Below are positions 37,731 through 51,013 of a stretch of 64,000 bases of DNA, one piece after another; positions within the stretch are counted from its first letter, which is position 1, and each line of letters begins with the position of its first letter. The notes under the pieces were generated by a model, which worked only from the letters and a program-made list of their open reading frames with translations, had not been told where the DNA came from and did no database searches. The DNA is from Mytilus trossulus. Taxonomy: Eukaryota. The position numbers were made by a program, and so were the translations under genes. The stretch lies in the NCBI RefSeq assembly GCF_036588685.1, contig NC_086380.1, positions 4,588,001 through 4,652,000 of the forward strand, in the 5' to 3' direction.

Positions 37731-38207
37731 ACAGTGTGGTGCGCACTGAATAACCCGCGTAGCGTGTTATCTAGAAGTGTGCACCACATTTTTGAGTTTA
37801 TTCCGAATAGACAGAAAAAATATTACATTCATTCCTTATAATTTAATTCTAAATTCCATCTTTTTAAGGAGTCAATCACGAAAAAAACGTTGATGACCTC
37901 ATCACGGCCACATGACAAAATTATGTCTATGGGCTGATAGACAAAAAACTTTCAGTCAATCAGAAGACGTGTTACATCCAAATCAAATTATTCTTTATCG
38001 TTGCCATTTTCCATGTCAGCTTTAAATGTTTAAGCAATCAAAATGCTAAAATTTAAATTTATTTATATCTTTGTATATTGTTACGTTTTGAGTGAGAACA
38101 TAAAAAAAATGAAATGCATATTGTTTTTGTTGTACTGTTGATTATATTTTACAAAATTAATTATTTTGCATCAATTAATATAATTGGGGCATTCAAAGTG
38201 TCTATGT

Positions 38208-38480
38208 AAAAGAGGGACGAAAGACACCAAAGGGACAGTCAAACTCGTAAATCTAAAACAAACTGACAACGCCATGGCTAAAAATGAAAAAGACAAACAG
38301 AAAAACAATAGTACACATGACACAACATAGAAAACTAAAGAATAAACAACACGAACCCCACCAAAAACTAGGGGTGATCTCAGGTGCTCCGGTGGGGTAA
38401 GCAGATCCTGCTCCACATGCGGCACCCGTCGTGTTGCTTATGTGATCACAAATCCGGCAAACAGTCCAACTCGGTAAGTC
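38208..38480 (-). mobile_element. PLE 3' UTR fragment (same family as 808-1200)
   Basis: Near-identical sequence to 808-1075. Confidence 0.65.
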
Positions 38481-38844
38481 AAATTGAACGACAAATTTAT
38501 GTGACGTATATAATTTTTCTGACGTCAGACACTCAAATCAATCCATGTGTTCGTAGATAGGTTTTTGTGTCCTGTTAAATTGTTCCCTCTAAAAAGTTTT
38601 GGATTCTCATAAATTCTATGTATAACTTTTGGACTAGTTTGAATCTTGGTCTATTTCTGTAATTATTCTTACATACTTTTGATTTATTAACCCTGTATGC
38701 GTTCATTGCCTATGTAAATTTTAAAATTGTTTATAATCCTGGTACTTTTGAACTTTTGTATGCACATTGAACGACAAATTTTCAGTTGTTACATTTTTTT
38801 TTTAATTCAAGAACGGTGTTATTTTGTTTGGAATTCTTGATTGT

Positions 38845-39900
38845 TTTTAGCTCACTTGACCCAACAGGAAAAGGTTGGTTTTTTCATCACTTGGCACCGA
38901 TCGACCGTCGTTCATTATCTTTCAATACAATTTTTTTATCTAAAATTACTAGGCTGCATTTAACAAATTTTATTTAAAATCATATGTCTTTTTAAATTAT
39001 AATAAGGGTATCTAGTTTTAAAAAGTTTACTGTGACCCCGCTTGTCAACCAAGAAATAAACAAAGGGGGGGGGGGGCATGCAAGTGCATGATGTCAATTA
39101 ATTAAAAACAGCCGTAGACATAGACAATTCGAAAGGGCCAGATTATTATTTTCAAAATGTTGAGCTCTACCATTTGTCCATTTACTATAAAGTTCTCACA
39201 TTAGATCTTAAATGAGTTATTGCATTGCCCTTAAAGGACGAATTTGAAGTTCTTTTTATCAATTTCTATCTATTATTTTCAAACATATATATAAAAGTCA
39301 TATAGCAAAAATAGAAGATATACAAATAAATCGACTAGGCCGATATCCTAATAAAACTTATTGACCTTTAATTTAGAGTTTTTTTTTTCATTTCATTGCG
39401 TTTTTACACGTCCGTCACAATTTTGACAGGACGTATTATTGTACACATCCGTCCGTCCATCTGTCCTTCCTTCCATCCGTCCGTTCCTCCATCTATCAGT
39501 CATTCTGTCCGTCCGTCCGTCTATCTATCCGTCTATCCTTCTGTCCAGCGTAAACATGTCGCACCGTAACTTGAGAACAGCTTATCTAGTTTTCACGAAA
39601 CTTAACAAAGTTATTTCTTGAAATGGTCAAACGATCTGTAAACCTTTTTAGTGAAAATCAAATTTAATCTTTTTGAGTTACAGAAATTTGTAAGTAAAAC
39701 AGGAGTGTGTTTTTCTTAACATGTCGCGCCATATCTCAAAACGATTTATCATTATTGCATCAAACTTTACACACTTCTTAGTAATATAAATCTTCTGCAT
39801 ACTTTTTAATGATGTTTTAAATTTTGCTTATTAAGCGTTATTTAGTTGTTTTTTTGTAAAAATAAGGGGGGTCACATATTGCAATGTATCTCAAAACCTA
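38845..39900 (+). mobile_element. Two degenerate Helentron-type (HINE) fragments
   Basis: ttttagctcacttgaccc... 5' end at 38845. A second 5' end ttttacacgtccgtc..gacaggacgta is followed by a (GTCC)n microsatellite at 39448-39545. Confidence 0.5.
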
Positions 39901-41349
39901 TATAAAAAAATATCATAATGTTATTGTTAAAAAAGTAATTGGATATCAGTGTTTGCTATTGAGTATTTATATTCCATTTAAAATTAGTTTGGAGATCAGT
40001 GAAATAACGGATACGCCTTTCATTAGGAAAATGTGTAGTACTATAATTACATTGTACCTATGTTAATAAATGTAAAAACGCCAAGTTTACTTTATAATAA
40101 ACATTATATTTAAATTCTTTCGAAAGACAACGTTCAGATCCGTGATAACGTTGCTTTTTATAAATTGTTGGTTGGAAAAAAAAATAATAAACCGGGTGAT
40201 TGGAAATAAACAACAATGACGAAACCGGTGTATTTTAATTTGACATGACCCATTTCTTTCGTTCCATACACAGAAATACAAGTATTGAGATGCTCATAAT
40301 GACTAGTTTTGCAATCTACGTGTCAGTATCTATCTTCCCGTACTTTTCATTCCGTACAATGTGAACAATTTAACGAGAAATTAAACAATATCGAGGCAAG
40401 GTTCACTCAATTCGTCATTTTGACATGCATTTTTACTTATTTCTTCGTTAATATAGAACAGTTGTAGAAAATATTGCATATCACAATAGAAAATAGTTGT
40501 ATATGTATATATATTCTTCGATATCATAAAAAAAAAATAAGAAAATAAGGAGAAACCTAGCTTTCTTCTGTCTATTAATGTTCCGTCATTGTGCCGGATG
40601 TTAGATAGCATCGAGTCCGAACAAATTTTGCCGGTGTGGTTTAGACACAGTGTAAACTAAAAGTTAAAAATAAACCATTTAAATTCTTTAAGTATGTTGC
40701 TATTGATGAGAATTTTAACAACGGGAACGGTATCTCATTCTTGATAACCTGTTAGCTTACGGGGGCTTCACCCCATTGAACCAAATACTATATGGTCTCG
40801 GACCTCTTGCCGAGGTTCGGGCGTACACGTAAAAATGACCTAGCTACGGCACTGATATACATAACATGGGACGTAACTCTAATTAACTCAGTGATGATAA
40901 TTGATCTGTTCAATGTATTGTTGTTTTTATGATTTCATTCCATTCTGTGTTCATTTTGTAATTGTTGTATTTATGATAGTTTGGACTTTATTTCAATAAA
41001 AATTACTTATTTCATTTATTTACTTATACTAACCTATAGCTGCCATTTGACAGAAAGATAGGCGATTTTTTTTTATCATAACATGAGCTAGCTGCGTGTC
41101 TGGTCACTTTATTCACTGAGCAACTTCTATTAAATTGCTATTTGATAATAAATCAAAATAATGTTCACAATTTTAAGTTTACATTTTTCAACCAGAAAGA
41201 ATACCAATTTAAGAACCTCTCTTAAAAGTGGGTTTATATTTCATCTATAATACTAGCCAAATTTGCTACTTCCATTTTGCAACAAAATTTTAAATAAACC
41301 AATGCAAGGTCCAACCCAATAAATGACATGACACTTTTCCCAATTTATG

Positions 41350-41585
41350 ATTGATTGATTGATTGGTGTTTATCGAAATTTCGTGACAGTCAGTTTCTAT
41401 TGGTGGTGGAAGCCGGAGTGCCTGGAGAGATCCACTGACCTTCGATAGGAAAACTGATATTCCTAGTCAATTAAGATTGGAGTCGAGTGCACCTGCCACG
41501 TGCGGGATTCGAACTCACAACCTCAGTGTTGACGAGATGATCATATAGTAGTTCGATTACTTAGACCACTCGGCCACCGAGTCCA
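41350..41585 (-). mobile_element. tRNA-derived SINE (V-domain-like) with (AATC)n tail
   Basis: Head ggtggccgagtggtctaag (A box) ... gagttcgaatccc (B box); central ctccaggcactccggcttccaccacc. A sister copy lies at 54797-55058. Confidence 0.75.
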
Positions 41586-42136
41586 ACCACCCTTAAGTGT
41601 TTTTGCATATTTTTTTTAAAGTATTATTTGTTTCTTCGGTCTTCAATCAAGGGCTAATAATCAATGGACAAGTGTTTTGTTTTGAAGGGTGCAAATCAGT
41701 TTATTGCAAGTAAATTATTAGTAAGGTCAGACCCACATTTATTCCTCCTTATTAGTCATCTCTTTAAAAGTTTAGTGTAATCAGCAGTTAAACGCAATTA
41801 TGTTGGTAAAAAATTTAGTAGTTTGGTCAAATAAAACTCCACCTTTGTCTTTAATTGATCTTAATTTTTGTAGATTATGACAGATGTCAATCGTAATAGA
41901 CCACTTTCGAGTTTGTCCTCGACCGGAAAAAACTCGTCAATTATGCGCGCCTTTATGACGTCATTTACCAGATAGAGAGGATCGCCTGTATCCCTACACT
42001 ATATAGACGTATTTACACTTGTATGCAAATTTGTCCGCCATTACATAACATCACACAGGTTCCCGTAAACTTTGACTTCATAATTCAAAACATATGACGT
42101 CTCAACTAAAAAGTGATTGTTGCTTGACGTCAAAAG

Positions 42137-42250
42137 TGTCATGTATTGTGTTCCATACTTATGTACTAAACGTCATGTATCAGAGTTACTCCCCTTTAGT
42201 TATTAAAGCATTGTTAGTCGGCCATTGTTGTATTCTTGACGTACACCACA
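42137..42250 (+). repeat. 5' LTR of Steamer-like element
   Basis: TGTCA...CCACA; identical to 46359-46472 except one C/T. Confidence 0.95.
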
Positions 42251-42263
42251 TGGTGTCAGATGT
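42251..42263 (+). promoter_or_regulatory. Primer-binding site (tRNA-Leu)
   Basis: TGGTGTCAGATGT versus the canonical TGGTGTCAGAAGT. Confidence 0.8.
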
Positions 42264-45200
42264 AAAACTTGTAAAATGGAGCAACTAAAGCCTCCAGGAA
42301 CACTAAATTTGGAAGGGAATTTAGCTGAAAACTACAAAGAATGGATTCAGTCATTCGAACTTTATCTTACCGCAACGGGAATTGAAGAAAAGTCAGGGAA
42401 GGTACAAGTGGCTACTTTTCTGCATGTCGCAGGCTCTGTACAACGTGTTTATAATACTTTTGACATTGTTGCGGATGATAAAGAGAAAATTGATGTACTT
42501 AAAGATAGATTCAAGGGTTACTGTGAGCCGAGAAAGAATCTCACGTACATTCGTCACGTTTTCTTTACCCGAAATCAAGGACCACATGAAAACATAGATA
42601 GTTACGTCACGGATCTAAAGAATAAAGCTAAACCATGTGAGTTTGAACATTTATCTGATGGCTTGATTAGAGATCGTATCGTTTGTGGCATACAAAACGA
42701 AGGTTGCCGAGCCCGGCTTCTACGGGAAGCGGATTTAACATTAATAAAAGCAATAGACACATGTCGTGCACAGGAAATAAGCTCACAGCAGCTAAAATCA
42801 TTAAAATCTACTGAGGAACATTCGGTGAACGCCGTGAAACAGGTCAGTAAATCTAGATATAGACAAAATGACAGTCACAAAAATCAAAGATCTGTGCATG
42901 TAGAGAGACAGGCTCTATGTAAAAATTGTGGCAGAACACATGGTAAACGGAATTGTCCAGCGTTCGGTAAAGAATGTCATTCATGCAATAAGAAGAACCA
43001 CTTTGCTAAATATTGTATGTCAAAACAAAAGAAAAAAGTAGATGCAATTCAGTATGATTATTACGACAGCGAAGATGAACTTTTCATTGGAACAGTTAGT
43101 GTAGACAGTGTTCAACAGTGTGAAGAATGGAAAGAATCTATGTCAATAAACAACCAGTGCGTAGTTTTTAAACTTGATACAGGAGCTCAGGCGAATATCA
43201 TATCAGAAAAACTATTTCGTAAATTGTCGTTGCCGGATAACAGGACCGAGAAGACCAATATTAAACTTGTAACATACGATGGACACAAAATATCACCGAT
43301 TGGTACTAGAATGTTAAAGTGTACATTCAAAGACAGAAAATACAATTTGAATTTTTTCATAGTACCGACCGATTCACAGCCAATATTGAGTGCCGACACG
43401 TGTAGCGAAATAGGAGCCATTGTACGAGTGCGCGCCGTAGATAAACCACTGACAAAAGAAGAAGTAATAAGTGATTATGGTGAAACATTTAAAGGACTAG
43501 GTACATTGCCTAAAACACATCATATTGAAGTAGATCCTCTGATTACGTCCGTATTTCACCCGCCTCGTAAAATTCCAGCAGCACTGCGTGATCAAGTCCG
43601 AACAGAATTAGACCGTATGGAGAGCCTCGGTGTCATCGCAAAACAGGACGAGCCGACCGATTGGGTTCATAGTATGGTAGTAGCTAGGAAACCTGGAAAA
43701 CTACGCGTGTGTATAGATCCGAAAGATTTGAATCGTGCGATCAAGCGTGAACATTATCACTTAGAAACAATTGATGAGATTGTTGAAAGATTGCTTAAAG
43801 CAAGTGTCTTTTCCCGATTTGATGCAACACATGGATTCTGGCAGATTCGTCTTGACGAGGATAGTTCAAAACTATTAACTTTCAATACGCCATTTGGACG
43901 TTATCGATACCGTAGATTACCGTTTGGTATAAGTTCCGCACCGGAAGTCTTCTCGAAAGCTGTCCGAGAAATGTTTGTAGACCTTCCGGGGGTCGAATGT
44001 ATCGTTGATGATATTCTTGTTTGGGGAGAAAATGATGAACAACACGATGACCGCGTTCGTAAGATGCTCAACAGATGCCAGCAAATGAACTTTAAGCTAA
44101 ATAAAGCGAAATTTGAGTTGCGCGTACCGGAAGTCCATTACGTTGGACATGTTATAAGCAAAGACGGCTTAAAAGTTAATCCGGAAAAGTGCGTGCCATA
44201 CAAGAAATGCCAACACCGACCGATGTGGCAGGAGTTAAAAGGTTCCTTGGTATAGTACAGTATTTGGCCAAGTTCATACCTAATCTATCAGATGTGTCCG
44301 ATCCGCTCCGTAAATTGCTAAAAGGTGACATACAGTGGCATTGGGATCATGAGCAACACCAAAGTTTCGAAGAACTTAAGCAGTTAGTATCGTCAGCTCC
44401 CGTGTTACGATTCTATAATGTGAATGAACCTGTAACTATATCAGTTGATGCAAGCTCAAAAGGTCTTGGAGTTGTACTTCTTCAAAATAAACAGCCCGTG
44501 GCATACGGATCCAGAGCTCTCACCGAGACGCAAAGTAGATATGCGCAAATCGAGCGTGAAATGTTAGCAATCTTGTACGGTTGCGAAAAGTTTGATCATT
44601 ATATTTACGGTCGCCGAGCCGTTATTGAAACCGACCATAAGCCGTTAGTTGCAATCTACGACGAACCGCTTTATCGAGCTACACCACGTTTACAACGCAT
44701 GTTAATGAAACAACAGCGATATGATTTACGGATTGTGTACGTTCCCGGAAAACTTATGTTTATATCCGATGCACTTAGCAGAGCCTATCTACCGGATAGC
44801 AATGACAAACTTATTGATGATGAACTTGATATTAGTTACATTGAAAAACAACTACCTATTTCGTCTAGAAAGATAGCGGAAATCAAAGTCGCGACCGAAG
44901 CCGATGAAAATCTAAGAAAGTTAAGTTCCGTCGTTGTGTCAGGATGGCCAAACAGTAAGGAAATGTTACCCGATGACATTCAGTCTTATTGGAATTTCAG
45001 GGATGATTGATGGACTACTTTACAAAAGCCAACGTATATTCATACCTAAATCACTTCAACGAGAGATGTTAGTGAAATTGCACGAAGCACATCTTGGTAT
45101 TGTTAAGACAAAACAGCGTGCCCGTGAAATACTATTCTGGCGTAATATGAACAGTGATATTGAAAACTTCATTAAAAACTGTAGCATATGTAACAAGTTT

Positions 45201-46358
45201 AGAAAGGCAAACTGTAGAAAACCGCTCAAATCTCATGATATTCCGTCGCGTCCGTGGACAAAGTTAGGAGCAGATTTACTGGAGTTCAAAGGAAAGCATT
45301 ATTTACTTTGTGTAGACTATTACTCTAAATATCCAGAAATTGCATTGCTTCCGTCATTGTCTAGTGTATCGACAATTTCAGCATTTAAGTCCATGTTTGC
45401 CAGGCATGGTGTTCCGTCAGAAGTTGTAAGTGACAACGGACCGCAATTTGCGTGTGCTAATTTCAAGAACTTTTCACATGAATGGGACTTTATTCACACA
45501 ACTTCAAGTCCACGTTATGCTCAATCCAACGGAGAAGCTGAACGGTATGTACAAACAATTAAGGATATGTTCAAGAAAGCTGAAGAAGGACAAAGTGACA
45601 TTTACATTTCCTTAATGGAGTACCGTGGATCTCCTATCGAAGGAGTAGGACTTTCACCCGCACAGTTGTTGTTTAACCGACAGTTGAAAACAAAACTTCC
45701 CATGTCAACGGAACTTCTCGAGCCGAAAGCTTTTGGATCAAAACAAAAAGAACTAATGGAACGTCAAAAACGTCAAAAACACTACTACGACAAGACGTCA
45801 AAACCGTTACCGAGTGTTGCGCCAGGAGAAATTGTCCGCTTTAAGAAAGATGATAAAAGTACTTGGGAACCAGCAATAGTTGACACAGAACACAGTAAAC
45901 GTTCTTATGTGTTACGCGCCGGAAATGATAAACTTTATCGACGAAACGAAAACACATCTTAAAAACCAACGAAAAAGTGTTTAACAAGGACAATTCACAA
46001 AATGACCTTGAGTTTCCAATGGTGGACAATTCAATCGACCGCGAACCGCCAACAGTAAAAAATCACGATCAACAAGAAACACAAAATCAAGCTTCCGCGC
46101 CGACCGATCCGACAACTGTAACAAGATCTGGACGCATCTCAAGGAAACCAGTGTACCTCACAGAACACTTTGTGTGAAATACAAAAACTGTTAAATTGTT
46201 CAATTCAGTAGTTAATAGTAGTTAGTTACATTTTTCTTAAATTTTCTAGTCAAAGAAAGACATTAATTTTTAAGAATAATTGATATTCAAATTGTTTAAT
46301 TTAGTAAATAAGAAATAGACATTTTGAGAACGAACTTTAAAAACTTTAAAAAGGGAGA

Positions 46359-46472
46359 TGTCATGTATTGTGTTCCATACTTATGTACTAAACGTCATGT
46401 ATCAGAGTTACTCCCCTTTAGTTATTAAAGCATTGTTAGTCGGCTATTGTTGTATTCTTGACGTACACCACA
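46359..46472 (+). repeat. 3' LTR of Steamer-like element
   Basis: Preceded by the PPT (46348-46358) and followed by the TSD AAAAG. Confidence 0.95.
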
Positions 46473-47889
46473 AAAAGGTTATTTGGAGGTGATGTAAGGT
46501 CATTTGGAGGCAAGATACAGCTAAATACCAAAAGTGTAAATACGTTTATTAACGTTCATCAAGCGTCTTAGTGATCGTCATTGTGCAGGATAACAAGAAA
46601 TAGTGTCAGTTCTGTAGGTACTTAATCAGAATTCATTAATAACATCGTGAGAATTCAATTTGCCGAATAATTCCTGCAATATCATCATAGTTTTCAAACC
46701 ACTCGCTCAACATGGAAACGGAAGTGACGATTGCCCTAAACGCACGAATGATGTTCACTAAAACCAAAGTTTTTGACGAAAATGCATCGAACTCATTAGT
46801 TGTCTATTGTATTGCATCAGTACACAACTAAAAGCAATGACCAAACATGGCGAGTCTTGGGAAGTATATTTCAGTGCAAGTATGCAGTGGTAGACTACAA
46901 GAAATGACAAAGGAGAGAATTGGAACCAGTTCTACTTTTTTCCAAAAAGAAAGATGTCAATGGCAATCACAAACATAAAGTCAAAAGAAAGACCGGCAAC
47001 ATCATAGCCATGAACGCAGCCCTTAAGGTGGCACGGTAGTATTTACATTCCAGGATTTAGGTTGCTCTTTCGTGTACCCTACTTAAGTCAGTGTAGCTGA
47101 ACAGTGTGATTGGACAAACAATACGGTATCTACTAAACAATCTTTCCCAAACTGAGGGATGAACTGATCAGGTGTAGAAAAATATGAAATAATTATACAT
47201 ACAGGTGAAAATGAACTTTTGATAATTTTTCTAAATTTTGTATTCACTGCATCATAAAAGATCTAAAAGCATTAATGGTCTTAGGTTTATAAAAATAGCA
47301 GAAAAAATAAACGGTCATAATACATATTCAAATTCATTTCTGAATATTATAATGAAAGTACTTCAGTTTACTGCGCCGAAAATTGGTCCAAAACATGATA
47401 AAAACAATACACAAAACTAAAGATTTATAGCAATATAAACACCACCAACAATCGGAAATATACTCAGGTGATCTGAAAAGGTCCTTGCTCCACTAGTGCC
47501 ATCCATGGTGTTACTCGTGACTTAGACAAATATAGGAAACATTATCTAAAGTAATCTGTGAAAAAGCCATCAACCCAATCTTAATAGCATCCCTCTATTT
47601 TTGAAGAGATGACTCAACTTTACAATTCAAATTGATTCAATACTCCATATCTCCGTATTCCATCCTTGTCAAAAGGTTACATATACTATTATATATTTAT
47701 AAATAAAATAATAAAACAATAATTTATATATGGATTTAATCATGTTAATGGAACATTATGGATGTCAGTTTATAAAAACACGATTATACCACAAAGTACA
47801 AGATATAAGAAAAGCAAGTGACTAGTAAACTGATGGTCATCGTAATGAAATTGTAAATCCATTTCAAACGTATCTTTCGATTCGTGTGT

Positions 47890-48314
47890 TTAAATCTTGT
47901 ATATGAGAGCACCCATGAATGAACTCGAACTTCCGGCATCGTAGTCAAAACCATTTCCTATGTAAGAATCACCAGTCTGTATCCACACGTGCTCATTCTT
48001 AGCTACTCTACAAATAGCAGTTTTGCTGACCGATACATGTCCAACAGCCATACCGAGACTTGCATGGAGTGTTGCCTTGACAACATTGTCTACTCGTAAT
48101 TCAGTACTAATGGATTTCCCACTGTAGGTAAGCATTGTCCAGGAAAATAAGTAAACGCCAGTAACAGGTGAAACAAAAACACTGTCTCCATGGTTAAAAA
48201 TATTTCCATCAGTGTTTAAAATACTGCTAAATTTCACAATGGAGTTTTTGTTGTAATCTACTTGAGCTGCAGGCATCTTTGCATGGAAGAAAACCGGCTC
48301 GTTCATCTTAGAAT
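47890..48314 (-). CDS. C1q-domain-containing protein, globular C1q exon (last exon)
   Basis: PVFFHA...IVKFSSILNTDGNIFN...VFVSPVTGVYLFSWT...EHVWIQ...SSFMGALI*. Acceptor tgtttcag|AT is phase 1. Confidence 0.9.
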
Positions 48315-48335
48315 CTGAAACAAATATAGATATAA

Positions 48336-51013
48336 TAAAATTGAGAATGGAAATGGGGAATGTGTCAAAGAGACAACAATCCGACCAAACAGCGGAAAAC
48401 AGCAGAAGGCCACCAATGGGTCTTCATTACAGCGAGAAAATCCCGCACCCGGAGGCGTGCTTCAGCTGGCCCCTTAACAAAAATGTGTACTTCTGTTCAG
48501 TGATAATGCCATTGGGCGTCATACTTAACTCCGAAATATATAAAAGAAAGTAAAATCAAAAATCATGCAAGACTAACAAAGGCCAGAGGCACTTGACTTG
48601 GGACAGGCGCATAAATGCGGCGGGGTAAAACATGTTTTTTGATATCTCAACCCTCCCCCTATACCTCTAGCTAATGTAGAAAAAACAAACACAGCAATAC
48701 GCACAATAAAACTCAGTTTAAAATAAGTCAGTCCGATGTCAGTATAGGTAAATAAAAAGAAACTAAAGAAAGGTTATACCTACAGAAAAGAAGTATACTT
48801 AACAACAAAATTATTTTCATTTACCTGTGTTTAATTTTGATTTTACAAATGGCGTAATTTTTCTTTTCAAAGTTGAAGTTTTTCTGAAATTGTTTAGCAT
48901 TTCACAGCGGTATAATACTTTGACTTTAATTATTCATCCCTTATTTTTATTAACTTTGTATCATAGATCAATTTTTTTCGTTCAGTGTATGTTCATTTGT
49001 GTTACTACGTCTTTTGATTGAGTTAAGCCATTCCAATTGATATTTTATAGTGTGTCTTTCTATGTTGTGATGTTACACTATTGTTTCAGATAAGCATGAA
49101 GGTTTGGTACCATTAAAACGTTTAAACCCGCTGCAATTGTTTGCACCTGTCCCAAGTCAGGAATCTGATGTTCAGTAGTTGTCGTTTGTTGATGTGGTTC
49201 ATAAGTGTTTCTCGTTTCTCGTTTTTTTATATAATTAGATCTTTGGTTTTCCCGATTGAATGGTTTTACACTAGTAATTTTTTGTGGCCCTTTATAGATT
49301 GTTGTTCTGTGTGAGCCAAGGCTCCGTGTTGAAGACCGTACCTTGACCTATAATGGTTTACTTTTATAAATTGTGACTTGGATTGAGAGTTGTCTCATTG
49401 GCACTCATACCACATCTTCCTATATCTATAAACAAAATGACAATGATACATAAATTAACAAAGAACTACTAGCAGTTACTGACATGCCAGCTCCATACCT
49501 CAATTAAACTGATAGAAAGATTATGTCTTCATCATATGAATATCAAGCATAATCCCTCCCGTTAGGGGTTTAGTATCATACCATCATAAAATATATGAGA
49601 ACATAAGCCGTATCATGCCAACAACTGGTTTTAGAATAAATGTGTTTATTTCCGATGCAAAGGCCCTATATAAGTGAATCAATAATAAAGCCAAAATATG
49701 CCACCTTTAATTACCTGACAACAGTATCGTAACTATATCCCTTCTTAACAAGTCTGTTTAAAGGTTTTGTAAGCTTTTGAGGTGAATGCCGACATTTTTG
49801 TGCGTTGTAAAAAATATTACTATAAAAGATTGGATGTGAAATACCTGAACGTATACGATGTCTGCGTGTCGATTTATATTTACGAATGTTGTCCTAGTAC
49901 CGATGATAAAATTTAGTAAATGTTTTGGTTTGTGATATCGAAAACCCCGGTGTAATAATTTTCAGTAATACATAGAATACTTTCGCTTAAATCTTATTCG
50001 TTGTTAATTACACAAGCAAATCGTACAAGTTTAGATATATAAACACCATAAGATTGTGACAAGGGAACGTCACCATCTTATAATAGATAATTAACAATAG
50101 GAAATGAAAAATCATCTCTTTTATCATAAATTTTGGTATTTAGCTTCCCGTTAATGATATAGATATCAAGATCCAGGAAAGGGCAGTGTTCATTGTTAGT
50201 ATTAGCTTTTTATTTAAAGTTAGTTCAACAGGATAAATCTCTTTAGTGTACATACTGAAGTCGTCATTAATGAGAGCCAATATTTCATCCACATATCTTA
50301 AAGTATTATCATTATAATTTTTTTATAAGATGTTGTTTCGATGTGTCTTTGCTGATTTTAGTCATAAATTGTAACTCATAACAATACAGAAACATGTTCG
50401 CAATAAGTGGTGCACAGTTATTCCCCATTGGAATTCCGATAACTTGACGATATACGGAATCTGCAAAGCGAACAAAAATGTTATCTATATAGTAAAAATT
50501 CAAGGGCAGTTATAGTATCAAAGCATGTCCAATTGACATAGTTCTTTTGTTTGTTGTTACTAAAAAATGACCTTAAAGAGTTTGAACATATATATTCGCA
50601 TTCTGACTTTTAAATGCCGTTTTAATAAGGTGTGTGCTTTTTTCTCAATATTAATATGGGGCAAAGTGGTATATAAGGTAGAAAATCAAACTTTGAACAG
50701 ATTCAAAATCACCAATATAAGCATGCAATTTATCAAGTACTTCCAACGTATTTTTGAACCTCCAAAAGTAATTAATTCCACTATTTTCAAAGGCCTCATT
50801 TGAACAATTTATTATGAGGTTTTTGATTGTAGCAAGTGTACTAGTAAGTAAAATAGATAGTTTAGAAGTGGAACAATGGCTTGAAGACGAAATAAATCTA
50901 TATTCGTTAGGTGTTTTGTGCAGCTTCGGAAGCCAGCACATAACTTCTGTAAATTCCGAAATTATTGAAAGGTTTTTATTCATGCGAATAATGCGACTAG
51001 ATGAGTGTTGCAA
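48336..51013 (-). mobile_element. Degenerate Penelope-like element (RT at C-terminus, no downstream GIY-YIG: Naiad-like), interrupted by an opposite-strand PLE 3' fragment (~48990-49430)
   Basis: WLPKLHKTP..RFISSS..CST, QVIGIPMG..CAPLIANMFLY, RYVDEILAL, YDKRDDF.FPIV; the ORF ends at ~49650 and is followed by the 3' UTR shared with 8946-9480. Confidence 0.8.

Larger units (their letters stand above)
34988..37990. mobile_element. Palindromic MITE split by a 2.7-kb composite insertion
   Basis: Left arm taaggaatg..atatttttctgtctat (34988-35018) is the inverse of atagacagaaaaaatattacattcattcctta (37807-37838). The central hairpin tgtggtgcgcact..agtgtgcaccaca lies at 37735-37788. Confidence 0.65.
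42137..46472 (+). mobile_element. Ty3/Gypsy LTR retrotransposon, Mag clade, Steamer-like; gag-pol 42276-46177 broken by three frameshifts
   Basis: 114-bp LTRs (1 mismatch), TSD AAAAG, PBS TGGTGTCAGA (tRNA-Leu), PPT aaaaagggaga. Domains: gag LNLEGNLAEN..W, two Zn knuckles (CKNCGRTH..C, CHSCNKKNH...C), protease LDTGAQ, RT LPFG..IVDD, RNase H DASSKGLG, integrase HEAH..CSIC, SDNGPQF, NGEAER. Confidence 0.95.
41895..46808. mobile_element. MITE (~580 bp net) hosting the Gypsy insertion
   Basis: Imperfect TIR aatagaccactttcgagtt / aactcattagttgtctatt; GT on both flanks (possible 2-bp TSD). Confidence 0.55.

Noticed and set aside
41500-41585. tRNA gene
   Set aside because: The A and B boxes belong to a SINE head; there is no cloverleaf, and a SINE core and tail follow.
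44185-44260. Programmed frameshift in the Gypsy pol
   Set aside because: It lies within the RT-RNase H region, not at gag-pol. A single missing A in ccggaaaa(a)gtg restores PEKVRAI, so it is a mutation or a sequencing error.
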